DNA from: Terriglobia bacterium
GTDB taxonomy: Bacteria > Acidobacteriota > Terriglobia > Acidiferrales > UBA7541
Assembly: GCA_963819015.1 (NCBI GenBank)
Contig: CAWFUN010000001.1
Span: forward strand, 486,887-510,886
Length of the DNA stretch: 24,000 nucleotides
Direction of reading: 5' to 3'
The translations under genes were made by a program, and so were the position numbers. Below are positions 1 to 11,508 of the stretch, piece by piece (position 1 is the stretch's first letter; every line of letters starts with the position of its first letter). A model generated the notes under the pieces. It searched no databases and was not told the origin of the DNA. It was given only the letters and a program-made list of their open reading frames with translations.

Positions 1-1021
<1,021 letters not shown>

Positions 1022-1087
1022 TTCCCCTCGCCGCTCCTCAATCTTTCCGTCGCAGAGCGCGGGACTCCGCGCCCTCGCGGGCAATCT

Positions 1088-1330
1088 CTATCGTCTTGGC
1101 GGATGTTCGATCACGTAGGCCTTCACCGTGTCGAATGCATCCCCTGTATTCGTAAACCGCCGAGCCGAAAAATGCTCTTCGATCTGCTGCAAGAATGAAT
1201 CGCGTTCCGCATCGCTTGCAAACTCAATCGCCACGCCGCTGTCTGCGTCGCGCGCCGGGGTCGCGCGAAACTCGCTGCAACCCACCCCGCGCAGCCCCGG
1301 CAACGTCGTCCATCCCAATTGGTAGAGCAT
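1088..1330 (-). CDS. Small hypothetical protein (80 aa) between gyrB and gyrA
   Basis: Complete ORF starting 10 bp after the gyrB stop, same strand, operon-like spacing. No family recognised. Confidence 0.6.
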   Translation of the reverse strand: MLYQLGWTTLPGLRGVGCSEFRATPARDADSGVAIEFASDAERDSFLQQIEEHFSARRFTNTGDAFDTVKAYVIEHPPRR

Positions 1331-1340
1331 GCGAGAAGGA

Positions 1341-3812
<2,472 letters not shown>

Positions 3813-4201
3813 TTACCCTGTGGCCGTCGGCCGATTTTGGGCCGCGGCTCGAAGGGTTTCTGCTCCATCCCGTCCGGATTCCGCTTCCGCGGAAGCGAAC
3901 GTGGCGAAGACTACTTACTTCCAGGCCTGCATTCCCCTGCTGATTCCGGATTGCGCGGGCCTGGCCGACGTGCCGTTTTGGAGGAAACCAAAACTACGCC
4001 AATGCAGCCTTCATTTTACCGCGGCCCGGGCCATTCCTCAAGTCGAAAGGGGCGTGCGTTTCCGTCGTAAATGCCATGAATACAGAGGTTTGCGTGGGGT
4101 GTTTCGGTGCGACTCTTGGCGTTCGCTCGGAGCCTACAAGTGTCCAGCTACAACGCGTGTGGGATTGCCCAGATTACAGAAGCGAAGCCGTTACCATGCT
4201 G

Positions 4202-4229
4202 TTGACAATTGGCAAGCGCCCGGTAATAT
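4202..4229 (+). promoter_or_regulatory. Candidate sigma70-type promoter upstream of the HNH gene
   Basis: TTGACA (4202-4207), 16-bp spacer, TAATAT (4224-4229), about 90 bp upstream of the proposed GTG start. Confidence 0.5.
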
Positions 4230-4317
4230 CGGGACCTCTCAGAGTGCGCAATGTACATTGTGGCGCTCTCTTGCTCTCTCTCGAAAACGCAAACACTGTG
4301 CTTGCGTGGGGGTTCGT

Positions 4318-5136
4318 GTGCCGAAGACAACGAGTAAGCCCGGCGCCATCCATCTCCGGATCATAGCTGTCATGAAGCGGTTCCCCGAAGGGATCACAGG
4401 GGGACAGATCAGACAGGAACTCGAAAAGGAGGGCCTACAGCCGGAAGACCAAACTCATCTTGACCGCCGCAAGAGAGACCTCAAGAAGTGGTTCCATATC
4501 GAGAAAATCAAGAGCGCTCAAGAGGTGCAGGGCAAGAAGCGGAACGTGGTTCTGTACACATATGTTGGAAAGAGGAAACGCATCACTGATGAAGGAGGAG
4601 TCGACCAGCGGTTGAAGGCCGAGGTGATCCGCGCAGCTCGCGGGCGCTGTCAAATGTGCGGAAAGACAATCGAAAGACACGGTATCGCCCTCGTTGTTGA
4701 TCACAAGAAGCCCCGGGATTGGGGTGGTACGAATGACCGCGAGAATCTGTGGGCCATATGCGAGGAATGTAATTCGGGCAAGAAAGCCTTTTTCTCTTCG
4801 CTTGACGCATCTCCAGAATTGATGAGAACGGTCACAGCTCACGGGAGCGTCCATGTTCGCATAGGGGAGTTGTTGAAGGCGGTGGGCGTCGGAAAGCCTA
4901 CGCCATCATCTCTGCTAGAGGTTGTCGCTGACCAGGATGATTGGCAGAAGCGCCTTCGGGAACTCCGATACCCCGTCATCGGTTGGGATATCGAGACGCG
5001 GTTGTACAAGGGACCGTCTGGCAGGAAACAGGCTGACTACATTCTTCGAAGCCACAAACCTTGGCCCGAAAACCCTACCGAGACGATTCGCCGGTTTGAA
5101 AGGGAACGGGAAAAGAAGAACAGACGCCGGGGATGA
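4318..5136 (+). CDS. HNH-family endonuclease, probable restriction enzyme partner of the adjacent methyltransferase
   Basis: HNH core CQMCGKTIERHGIALVVDHKKPRDWGGTNDRENLWAICEECNSGKK (two CxxC plus DH...N). An N-terminal winged-helix-like stretch (GAIHLRIIAVMKRFPEGITGGQIRQELEKEG) favours a GTG start at 4318 (or 4306), with GGGGG just upstream, over the track start at 3820 or the ATG at 4372. Confidence 0.8.
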   Translation: MPKTTSKPGAIHLRIIAVMKRFPEGITGGQIRQELEKEGLQPEDQTHLDRRKRDLKKWFHIEKIKSAQEVQGKKRNVVLYTYVGKRKRITDEGGVDQRLKAEVIRAARGRCQMCGKTIERHGIALVVDHKKPRDWGGTNDRENLWAICEECNSGKKAFFSSLDASPELMRTVTAHGSVHVRIGELLKAVGVGKPTPSSLLEVVADQDDWQKRLRELRYPVIGWDIETRLYKGPSGRKQADYILRSHKPWPENPTETIRRFEREREKKNRRRG

Positions 5137-5139
5137 TGA

Positions 5140-5553
5140 TTAGCTGAGGAATTTCCGTAAGCGCCGAAGGAAGCGGCTTCTCTTGGAAGGTGCGGTTTCA
5201 CATTCCCATACCACCAAGACCCGCCAGCCAAGATCATTCAACTTCTTCAGATTCTTTGCGTCGCGCCGCACATTCCCCTTAAGTTTTGGCCGCCAGTAAT
5301 TCACTCGGGACTTCGGAATATGGGAATCGACACAACCATTGTGTTGGTGCCAAAAGCATCCCCTCACGTCGACTATCTTCCGCAATCGAGGAAGGACAAT
5401 ATCGGGCTTCCCCGGAAGCGCTGGGGGATGCAAACGAAAGCGATATCCCATCGCATGGATCAAGCGCCGCACCGCCATTTCAGGCCTCATCCCCTTACTT
5501 CTGATGCGGCGCATATTCTCCCTACGCCGCTTCGTAGAGACGGTGTCTACCAT
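5140..5553 (-). CDS. vsr: Very short patch repair (Vsr) endonuclease
   Basis: 137 aa: MVDTVSTKRRRENMRRIRSKGMRPEMAVRRLIHAMGYRFRLHPPALPGKPDIVLPRLRKIVDVRGCFWHQHNGC...NYWRPKLKGNVRRD...LGWRVLVVWECE. This is the canonical Vsr fold signature (PGKPDIV, V.GCFWH.H.C, NYW..K...N..RD, VWECE). Confidence 0.95.
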   Translation of the reverse strand: MVDTVSTKRRRENMRRIRSKGMRPEMAVRRLIHAMGYRFRLHPPALPGKPDIVLPRLRKIVDVRGCFWHQHNGCVDSHIPKSRVNYWRPKLKGNVRRDAKNLKKLNDLGWRVLVVWECETAPSKRSRFLRRLRKFLS

Positions 5554-5571
5554 GAAATTCGGAGGGGGATC

Positions 5572-6606
5572 CTAGCTGGCGGCCACGCGCAGCCGCTTTC
5601 GGGAAGCCATCAGAGCTGCCGCTAGACTTGTCGCAATTGCGCGCGCAAAGGGAGGCGGAAACGCGTTGCCAACCTGTCGGTACGATTGTGTTTTCCCGCC
5701 CGTGAAATGCCAATTATCGGGAAACCCTTGGAGGCGCGCGACCATGCGAACCGTCAGACGTGGCATGCCGACGAAATCACGGCTGGGCGCATCATTCGCA
5801 ATACCAAGCCCGTCTACGCCGAGAGTCTCCCAAGCCCGCCTCGCTCTCGTGGGACCGAGGTCTGGACCGCCGTGCTTCAGGGATCCGCCCACGACAGTCG
5901 GCGCAATTTCGTCGGCCCTCCTGCACCAAGCTTTGGCCCCACGCCACCCGTTGGCCGCCATTAGGTCGTACAAAACCTGGCCAACAGTTTCCGGACTCGT
6001 TTCAGATCTCTCGGGCCAAGAGAAATGCTCCGCGCACGATTTGCGTAGCGCGATAAACACGACCCTCGGGCGCAACTGTGGAACGCCAAAATCCGTCGCA
6101 TTCATCAGTTTCCAGCCGGCCTGGTAGCCAAGCTTTTTCAGTTCGTCGCCAACGAATCTTCGGTAATCTTCAAAAACAGCATCTAGAATTCCTCGAACAT
6201 TTTCGATCATGACCGCGGTCGGGCGGATTTGATCGACAAGTCGAATCATCACAGGAAAGAGGTTTCGTTCGTCCTCATGTCCCAGTTGCTTTCCCGCGAT
6301 CGAGAAAGGTGGACATGGAAGGCCTCCCGAGATTACGTCCACGCCCCTGAAAGCAGCCCCGTCAAACTTGTTAAGGTCGGCCTGGATCACGTTCCATCGA
6401 GGACGATTCGCGGTGAGAGTTGCACATGCGTTTTTTTCGATCTCAATCAACCCAGCATGATCAAGGCCTGCTTGTTCAAATCCCAAGGCCTGACCACCAC
6501 CCCCCGCGCATAACTCTAAGGTCCACAACCCAGATTTCTTAAAGTGAGTCGCGCGTCTCACGGAGCTAACTACGGTAGGCCACGGATTGTCTCGTGTCCT
6601 GTTCAT
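5572..6606 (-). CDS. DNA (cytosine-5) methyltransferase
   Basis: Motif I ELCAGGGGQALGFEQAGL, motif IV GGLPCPPFSIAGKQLG, motif VI MIENVRGI, motif VIII PQLRPRVVFIA, motif IX RLTVRMVARLQGFPDNW, motif X RQVGNAFPPPFARAIA. Start placed at the ATG at 6606, because the track start at 6774 lies upstream of the best candidate promoter. Confidence 0.93.
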   Translation of the reverse strand: MNRTRDNPWPTVVSSVRRATHFKKSGLWTLELCAGGGGQALGFEQAGLDHAGLIEIEKNACATLTANRPRWNVIQADLNKFDGAAFRGVDVISGGLPCPPFSIAGKQLGHEDERNLFPVMIRLVDQIRPTAVMIENVRGILDAVFEDYRRFVGDELKKLGYQAGWKLMNATDFGVPQLRPRVVFIALRKSCAEHFSWPERSETSPETVGQVLYDLMAANGWRGAKAWCRRADEIAPTVVGGSLKHGGPDLGPTRARRAWETLGVDGLGIANDAPSRDFVGMPRLTVRMVARLQGFPDNWHFTGGKTQSYRQVGNAFPPPFARAIATSLAAALMASRKRLRVAAS

Positions 6607-6656
6607 CTCGGGAAAAGCTAGTTGCAGCGGCTGCCGAATACTTCTAGAAAATCTGC

Positions 6657-6672
6657 GACAACTTTTGTTGTC
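6657..6672. repeat. Inverted repeat GACAAC-TTTT-GTTGTC in the MTase 5' region
   Basis: Perfect 6-bp arms with a 4-nt loop, between the candidate MTase promoter and the MTase start. Confidence 0.6.
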
Positions 6673-6694
6673 ATTCTGACATTGTTCAATGCGA

Positions 6695-6723
6695 ACTATA
6701 GTTGACACGCGCTTCCTCGTCAA
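6695..6723 (-). promoter_or_regulatory. Candidate MTase promoter, overlapping a plus-strand promoter-like element for the XRE gene
   Basis: Minus strand: TTGACG (6718-6723), 17-bp spacer, TATAGT (6695-6700). Plus strand in the same DNA: TTGACA (6702-6707), 18-bp spacer, weak CACAAT (6726-6731). A 10-bp palindrome AACTATAGTT (6694-6703) covers the minus-strand -10. Confidence 0.5.
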
Positions 6724-6785
6724 TTCACAATTCAGGTGCTGCTTACCCATCTGCGCGGTTGAGTGGCCTCGCAAGTCTCATTTAC

Positions 6786-7145
6786 ATGACATGGAAACGG
6801 GATCTTGGACTCCAACTCAGGCGTGCACGGAAGGCTGCTGGCCTTACCCAAGGTAAGCTCGCTAGTCAGCTGAAAGTCAGCAGACAAATGATTTGTCGCT
6901 ACGAAGCCGGGCGCGCCGCCCCGGCAGTGGAAGTGCTCGCTGAGGCTGCGGCAGTGCTCGATGCAGAGTTTCATGTCCAAGGCTTGCGCATGAACATTCC
7001 AGAGACAGTGGCCCAGACACCCATGAGGACGTTGCCGAAGCAGCTGAACCTAGAGTTCAATAGGTCCAAGAGCTACCCGCACGCGGTCGTCAGGATCACG
7101 CCCCATCGCGGGCGAATTCGTATTACGGCCGACATCCCCGCTTAG
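6786..7145 (+). CDS. XRE-family helix-turn-helix regulator, possible controller of the R-M island
   Basis: MTWKRDLGLQLRRARKAAGLTQGKLASQLKVSRQMICRYEAGRAAPAVEVLAEAAAVLDAEF is a typical XRE/HTH_3 domain. Divergent from the MTase gene. Start is uncertain. Confidence 0.8.
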   Translation: MTWKRDLGLQLRRARKAAGLTQGKLASQLKVSRQMICRYEAGRAAPAVEVLAEAAAVLDAEFHVQGLRMNIPETVAQTPMRTLPKQLNLEFNRSKSYPHAVVRITPHRGRIRITADIPA

Positions 7146-7253
7146 GCAATTCGCTTGCCGTAGATTTACTGCTTAAGTGCTTTATTTTGTGCGCGAGGGA
7201 ATGCTTGGGGTTTCACTTCGGGGCGGCGGCTTCCCATTCTGAACCGTTCTGCT

Positions 7254-8366
7254 TCAAATCCGCATCGGCATAATGACGTAGCGGTAGCGAAGCGACTCGT
7301 CGCCGAGCGGCACCAATTGCCCGGCGGATTGTTCATCCTTCAGTTCAATGCTGATGGGGCCGTCCGCGGCCGCCGCCAGAAAATCGAGCATGTACTGCGC
7401 GTTGAATCCGATCGAAAGCGGTTCGTGCTTGTATTCTTTCTCGATCAACTCCTTCGCTTCGCCGTACTCGGGGCTGGATGCGGAAATCTCGATTCCCTCG
7501 CTTGCGAAGGAAAACTTCACGGCGCGGGAGCGCTGGTCCGCGAGTTGTGACACGCGGCGCACCGCGTCGTTGAGCTCGCCCCGTTCCAACACGACCTTCT
7601 TCTGGTTTTCCCGCGGCAACACCGCTTCGTAGTTGGGGAATTGGCCGGTCAGCATGCGGCAGATCAGGAGGCGTTCTCCCATCTTGAAGAATAAGTGGCT
7701 ATCGTCACGCGCGAATTCCATATCCTGGCTATCCTGTGCTTCTGCCGCCAGCCGCTGAATTTCAGCGAGCGCCTTCTTCGGCACCAGGACACGCACCTCG
7801 TTGCTCAGCCCCTCAATCTTGTGGTCGGTCTCGGCGAGCGCGAGCCGGTGGCCGTCCGTAGCCACCATCGTGAGCGAGTTGGGCTTCAAGATCAGAAGCG
7901 AACCATTCAGCGTATAGCGGGACTCCTCCGCGGAGATGGCGAATTGCGTCTTGGAAATCAACGAGGAAATCGTTTGCGCGTTGATTCGCGCGAGGGCGTG
8001 CGGAAACGCGGGAATCGCCGGGAAGTTGTCCTTCTCCATGCCGACCATCTTGTACGTCTTGCGGTCCGCAACGATCTGCACCCAGTGGTTCTCGAGGAGT
8101 TTGAACTTGAGATCTCCTTCCGGCAGCAAGCGCACGAGCTCCAGTAATTTTTTTGCGGGGATGGTGCCGGCGCCGTCTTTTTTCACTTTCGCTTCGCAGC
8201 TCGAGCGGATCGAGAGCTCCAGGTCCGTCGCGGTCAGCGTGAGTAGATTGCCCTTCGCCTCAAAGAGCAGGTTCGACAAGATCGGGATCGTTGTCTTGCG
8301 CTCGACCACACCCTGCGTGAGGTTAAGTTCCGTGAGCAGGTCGAACTTCTTCACGCTGAATTCCAT
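7254..8366 (-). CDS. dnaN: DNA polymerase III beta subunit (sliding clamp)
   Basis: 370 aa: MEFSVKKFDLLTELNLTQGVVERKTTIPILSNLLFEA...LTATDLELSIRSSCEAKV...ATDGHRLA...C-terminal YRYVIMPMRI. Confidence 0.97.
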   Translation of the reverse strand: MEFSVKKFDLLTELNLTQGVVERKTTIPILSNLLFEAKGNLLTLTATDLELSIRSSCEAKVKKDGAGTIPAKKLLELVRLLPEGDLKFKLLENHWVQIVADRKTYKMVGMEKDNFPAIPAFPHALARINAQTISSLISKTQFAISAEESRYTLNGSLLILKPNSLTMVATDGHRLALAETDHKIEGLSNEVRVLVPKKALAEIQRLAAEAQDSQDMEFARDDSHLFFKMGERLLICRMLTGQFPNYEAVLPRENQKKVVLERGELNDAVRRVSQLADQRSRAVKFSFASEGIEISASSPEYGEAKELIEKEYKHEPLSIGFNAQYMLDFLAAAADGPISIELKDEQSAGQLVPLGDESLRYRYVIMPMRI

Positions 8367-8777
8367 CTCTGGAGTTCCTCCACGGGGGCGAGTTGCGGTA
8401 GACGGGTACTCTACCCTTTTTTAGGAGAGGGATAAAGACCGTAGTCGTAGTAGGGCCTGTGGAAACAAGGAAAACCGCCGAGGTGCCACAAAGAAAGCAA
8501 GTTGCGGCCAGCGCAGGCATTGCGCAGATGGAGGAAGGCAGAGGAAATCTACGCCTGGCGCGCGGTGGCGTGCGACGCAAGAGCGGAAGCGCGAACACTT
8601 TTCACAGGCGGCCCACAGGGATATCCGCATGTTTTCAACAAGCAAAAAAGAGAGCTGCCGGGCGGGGCCGCAACATTGCGCCAGCCGTCAGAATAGGAAA
8701 GTCCAAGAGTTTCACCCGCGAGGGAAGAAGAAGCGGAACAAGAAGAGTTAGGTGCCGAGAAGAGAAATCGACGAATC

Positions 8778-10091
8778 TCAGCCGAAGGAATCCATCAGCT
8801 TGGTGATCGTGCGATTCAGGTCTTTGTCGCTCCGCCGTAGGGAGTCGATCTTGTGGATGGAGTGGAGCACCGTGGTGTGGTGTTTTCCGCCGAACTGGCG
8901 GCCGATCTCCGGCAGCGATGCCGATGTGAGCTGCTTCACCAGGTACATGGCAATCTGCCGCGGGTACGCGATGGCCTTGGAATTCGACCGGATCTTAAGA
9001 TCCTGCTCGCGCAAGCCGAATTGCTCGCCCACCTTCTTCTGAATCAGTTCGATCGTGACGCGTTTCTCTTGCGACGCAATGATATTGCGCAGCACCTGTT
9101 GCGCCGTGAGGAGATTCATCGGATTCCCGGTCAAGGAGGTGTAGGCCAGCAGCCGCGTCAGCGCTCCCTCCAGCTCGCGCACGTTGGACTTGATCGAGCG
9201 CGCAACGTACTCCGCGACCTCGTCGGGGAGTTGCACGTGCTCCGATTCCGCCTTCTTCTGGAGAATGGCGATCTTGGTTTCCAGGTCCGGCGGTTGAATG
9301 TCGGCAATCAGGCCCCACTCGAACCGCGATCGCAAGCGCTCCTCGATTGCGGAGATCTCCTTCGGCGGGCAATCGGACGACACGACGATCTGCCGCTGGA
9401 GATCGTACAGGGCGTTAAACGTATGGAAGAATTCTTCTTGCGTCCGTTCTTTCCCCGCGATGAATTGAATATCGTCCACCAGCAATACATCCACGGTGCG
9501 GAAGCGTTCGCGGAAACTCAGCATGCGGTCGAAGCGCAGCGAGCTGATGACCTCATTCGTAAATTTCTCCGCGCTGATGTACGTCAACCGCGATGCAGGA
9601 TTCCGCTTCTTGATCAAGTGGCCGACGGCCTGCATGAGGTGCGTCTTTCCCATGCCCACGCCGCCATACAGAAAAAGCGGGTTGTAGGCGCGCGAAGGAT
9701 CCTCGGCCACGGCGAGGGCCGCAGCGTGCGCGAATTGGTTCGACGCGCCGACGACGAAGGACTCGAAGCTATAGCGCGGGTTCAATTGGTGCTCCACCGA
9801 GTCGAAATCCAGCTTCGTCTGCCGGGGAGGAACGCTCGCCGGCGGGGCCGCCTCCAGCGTCGTGCAAACGAATTCAAGCTGGGTGTCGGGCATCCCGACC
9901 TCCGCGAGCACCGCCTGAAGCAGTTGCCCATAAGTTTCCGTCAAGCGCTTCCGGAAGAGCCTGGAGGGCACACGGACCACAAGCTTGCCGTTCTCCGAGC
10001 CTTCCTGCCGCGTAGGGCGGAACCACGTCGAGAAGCTGTGCGGATTAACCCGCCGCTCCATGTGTTGGAGAATCTTGTCCCACGCTGTCAT
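8778..10091 (-). CDS. dnaA: Chromosomal replication initiator protein DnaA
   Basis: LNPRYSFESFVVGASNQFAHAAALAVAE, LFLYGGVGMGKTHLMQAVGH, VDVLLVDDIQFIAGKERTQEEFFHTFNAL, domain IV PRQIAMYLVKQLTSASLPEIGRQFGGKHHTTVLHS. Start placed at MTAWDKILQHMERR (ATG at 10091). Confidence 0.97.
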   Translation of the reverse strand: MTAWDKILQHMERRVNPHSFSTWFRPTRQEGSENGKLVVRVPSRLFRKRLTETYGQLLQAVLAEVGMPDTQLEFVCTTLEAAPPASVPPRQTKLDFDSVEHQLNPRYSFESFVVGASNQFAHAAALAVAEDPSRAYNPLFLYGGVGMGKTHLMQAVGHLIKKRNPASRLTYISAEKFTNEVISSLRFDRMLSFRERFRTVDVLLVDDIQFIAGKERTQEEFFHTFNALYDLQRQIVVSSDCPPKEISAIEERLRSRFEWGLIADIQPPDLETKIAILQKKAESEHVQLPDEVAEYVARSIKSNVRELEGALTRLLAYTSLTGNPMNLLTAQQVLRNIIASQEKRVTIELIQKKVGEQFGLREQDLKIRSNSKAIAYPRQIAMYLVKQLTSASLPEIGRQFGGKHHTTVLHSIHKIDSLRRSDKDLNRTITKLMDSFG

Positions 10092-10129
10092 ATGTTCGAG
10101 GACCCCTTGGGGGCGCTGCCGTAAGGAGG

Positions 10130-10159
10130 ACACAATTTCCACAGCTGTGGAAATTGTGT
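10130..10159. repeat. Perfect 30-bp palindrome ACACAATTTCCACAG|CTGTGGAAATTGTGT
   Basis: Read directly. Contains two head-to-head TTTCCACA cores and begins 39 bp upstream of the proposed dnaA start. Confidence 0.95.
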
Positions 10160-10395
10160 GGAAACCCACCACCTCCGGCGCCACACAGGCTTAAGAGAGC
10201 GCGAGCCGAAATGATCGGCCGAGACGAGAACGTCTAGGCGCGGCCTCCCTGAGCAACCCTACCCGGATCGGTCTTGGCTCAGGAACCGCCGCAACCGAGT
10301 GCGGGGGGGATTCTCCACAAACGAAGCGTCCTCTACAAGCGAAATCTGCGAGAGAGCCCAGCCGGGACGCACAGCACTTCCACAGGATTTCCACA
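10130..10395. other. oriC: Cluster of DnaA-box-like 9-mers upstream of dnaA; candidate oriC/autoregulatory region
   Basis: ATTTCCACA 10135-10143, TGTGGAAAT 10146-10154, TGTGGAAAC 10157-10165, TTCTCCACA 10311-10319, ACTTCCACA 10376-10384, ATTTCCACA 10387-10395. Confidence 0.55.
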
Positions 10396-10476
10396 ACAAC
10401 AGAAACCCAGTGAAATTAACGGCTTAGCAGACAGTTGGGGTTGGGAACACCAAAAGTGCGCTCCGCGGCGCGCAGC

Positions 10477-11459
10477 TCAGTTCCCGGAGTTGTCTGATTT
10501 ATCGGGCCGGTCGAACTCGTAAACCCCCAACGGGTCCTGGCCGAGCAGCAGGCGATCGGGCTCGACGAGAATCGTTGTGGCTTCCAAGCGCGCTCCGCCG
10601 GGGGTATACGTTCGGTAACTATCGAGGCGGTTACCATCTTTGTCGAAGTGCATCAGCAGCGTGCCGAAAGAAAGCCAGACCTCTCCCGTGGCCCGGTCGA
10701 CGCCCATCCCGGTGATGATTCGGTGCGGACTCAGTACGCCGCCGGGCCCCTCCCGGGCGATTTCCCTCCGTGCTGCTTGGGCCGCAGGTTGGAAGTCGAG
10801 CGTTTCTAAAGAAACTCGAGAATGGGGGAACCGTGCAGGTCGAACTTCCGGACCGTCGGTTCAGGAATGTAGTCGAACGCGATGTAAAGGTTCGCCGCGG
10901 TGTCTCGCGCCAACCGGCCAAGGTTCACGAGGTGATTCAGATCCGGGCGGTCGCTCAAATCCGCCGGGTCTCCAAACGCGCGGACGAGCTTCCCGGAGGT
11001 GTCGTACACGCTGATCAGGTGGTCCGAAGACTGGCTGGTCACAGCGATCTCGCCGCCGGGGAGCAGCGCCACGGAAACCGGCTGGGCGACATTGAAGGAG
11101 ACAACGAGGGAGCCGTCGGCCGCGTAGACCTTCACCGCGTTGGCGCCCGCATCGGCGACGACCAAACGTCCCGCCTCGTCTGCGTCCAAGCTCACCCCGA
11201 AGACGATGGCCTCAGGAGCCTTCGCCTTCGGATTTTCAGGAACTTGGTCGATAGGCTTTCCCGTCGAGTCGTAAACGGACACCGCACGATTCGGTGCGGT
11301 CAACACGTAATATCGGCCCGCGGGGCCTCGAGCAACGGCCTGTAATCCAGGCCCCACGGCCGGAAGAATCCGTTGTCGCGCGAGCAACTCGGGTTCGACC
11401 TCGTAGTCCGACTGGCAAAACGCCGCGGAAGAAATCAGCAGAAATGAGAGTAAGAACAT
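10477..11459 (-). pseudogene. Secreted NHL/6-bladed beta-propeller-like protein, split by an apparent single-base frameshift near 10809
   Basis: The first ORF (signal peptide MFLLSFLLISSAAFCQ; repeats such as GRLVVADAGANAVKVYAADG) ends ...SPILEFL at a TAG at 10806-10808. The neighbouring frame is open from that point: ...LETLDFQPAAQAARREIAREGPGGVLSPHRIITGMGVDRATGEVWLSFGTLLMHFDKDGNRLDSYRTYTPGG... to 10477. Confidence 0.6.
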
Positions 11460-11508
11460 CACGCGGCGCAAGCGTGCCCGGAGTGCATGTTGCGTGGGAA
11501 ACATGAAA

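Noticed and set aside
3820-4317. N-terminal ~166 aa of the track ORF upstream of the HNH gene
   Set aside because: No protein-like signature, and it contains the candidate promoter; treated as noncoding.
8459-8806. 115-aa plus-strand ORF in the dnaA-dnaN spacer
   Set aside because: Low-complexity Arg-rich translation, overlaps the 3' end of dnaA antisense, no clear start context.
8853-10124. 423-aa plus-strand ORF
   Set aside because: Antisense to dnaA; composition is a mirrored coding artefact.
10631-10921. 96-aa minus-strand ORF between the two propeller fragments
   Set aside because: Out of frame with both propeller halves, which together explain the region better.
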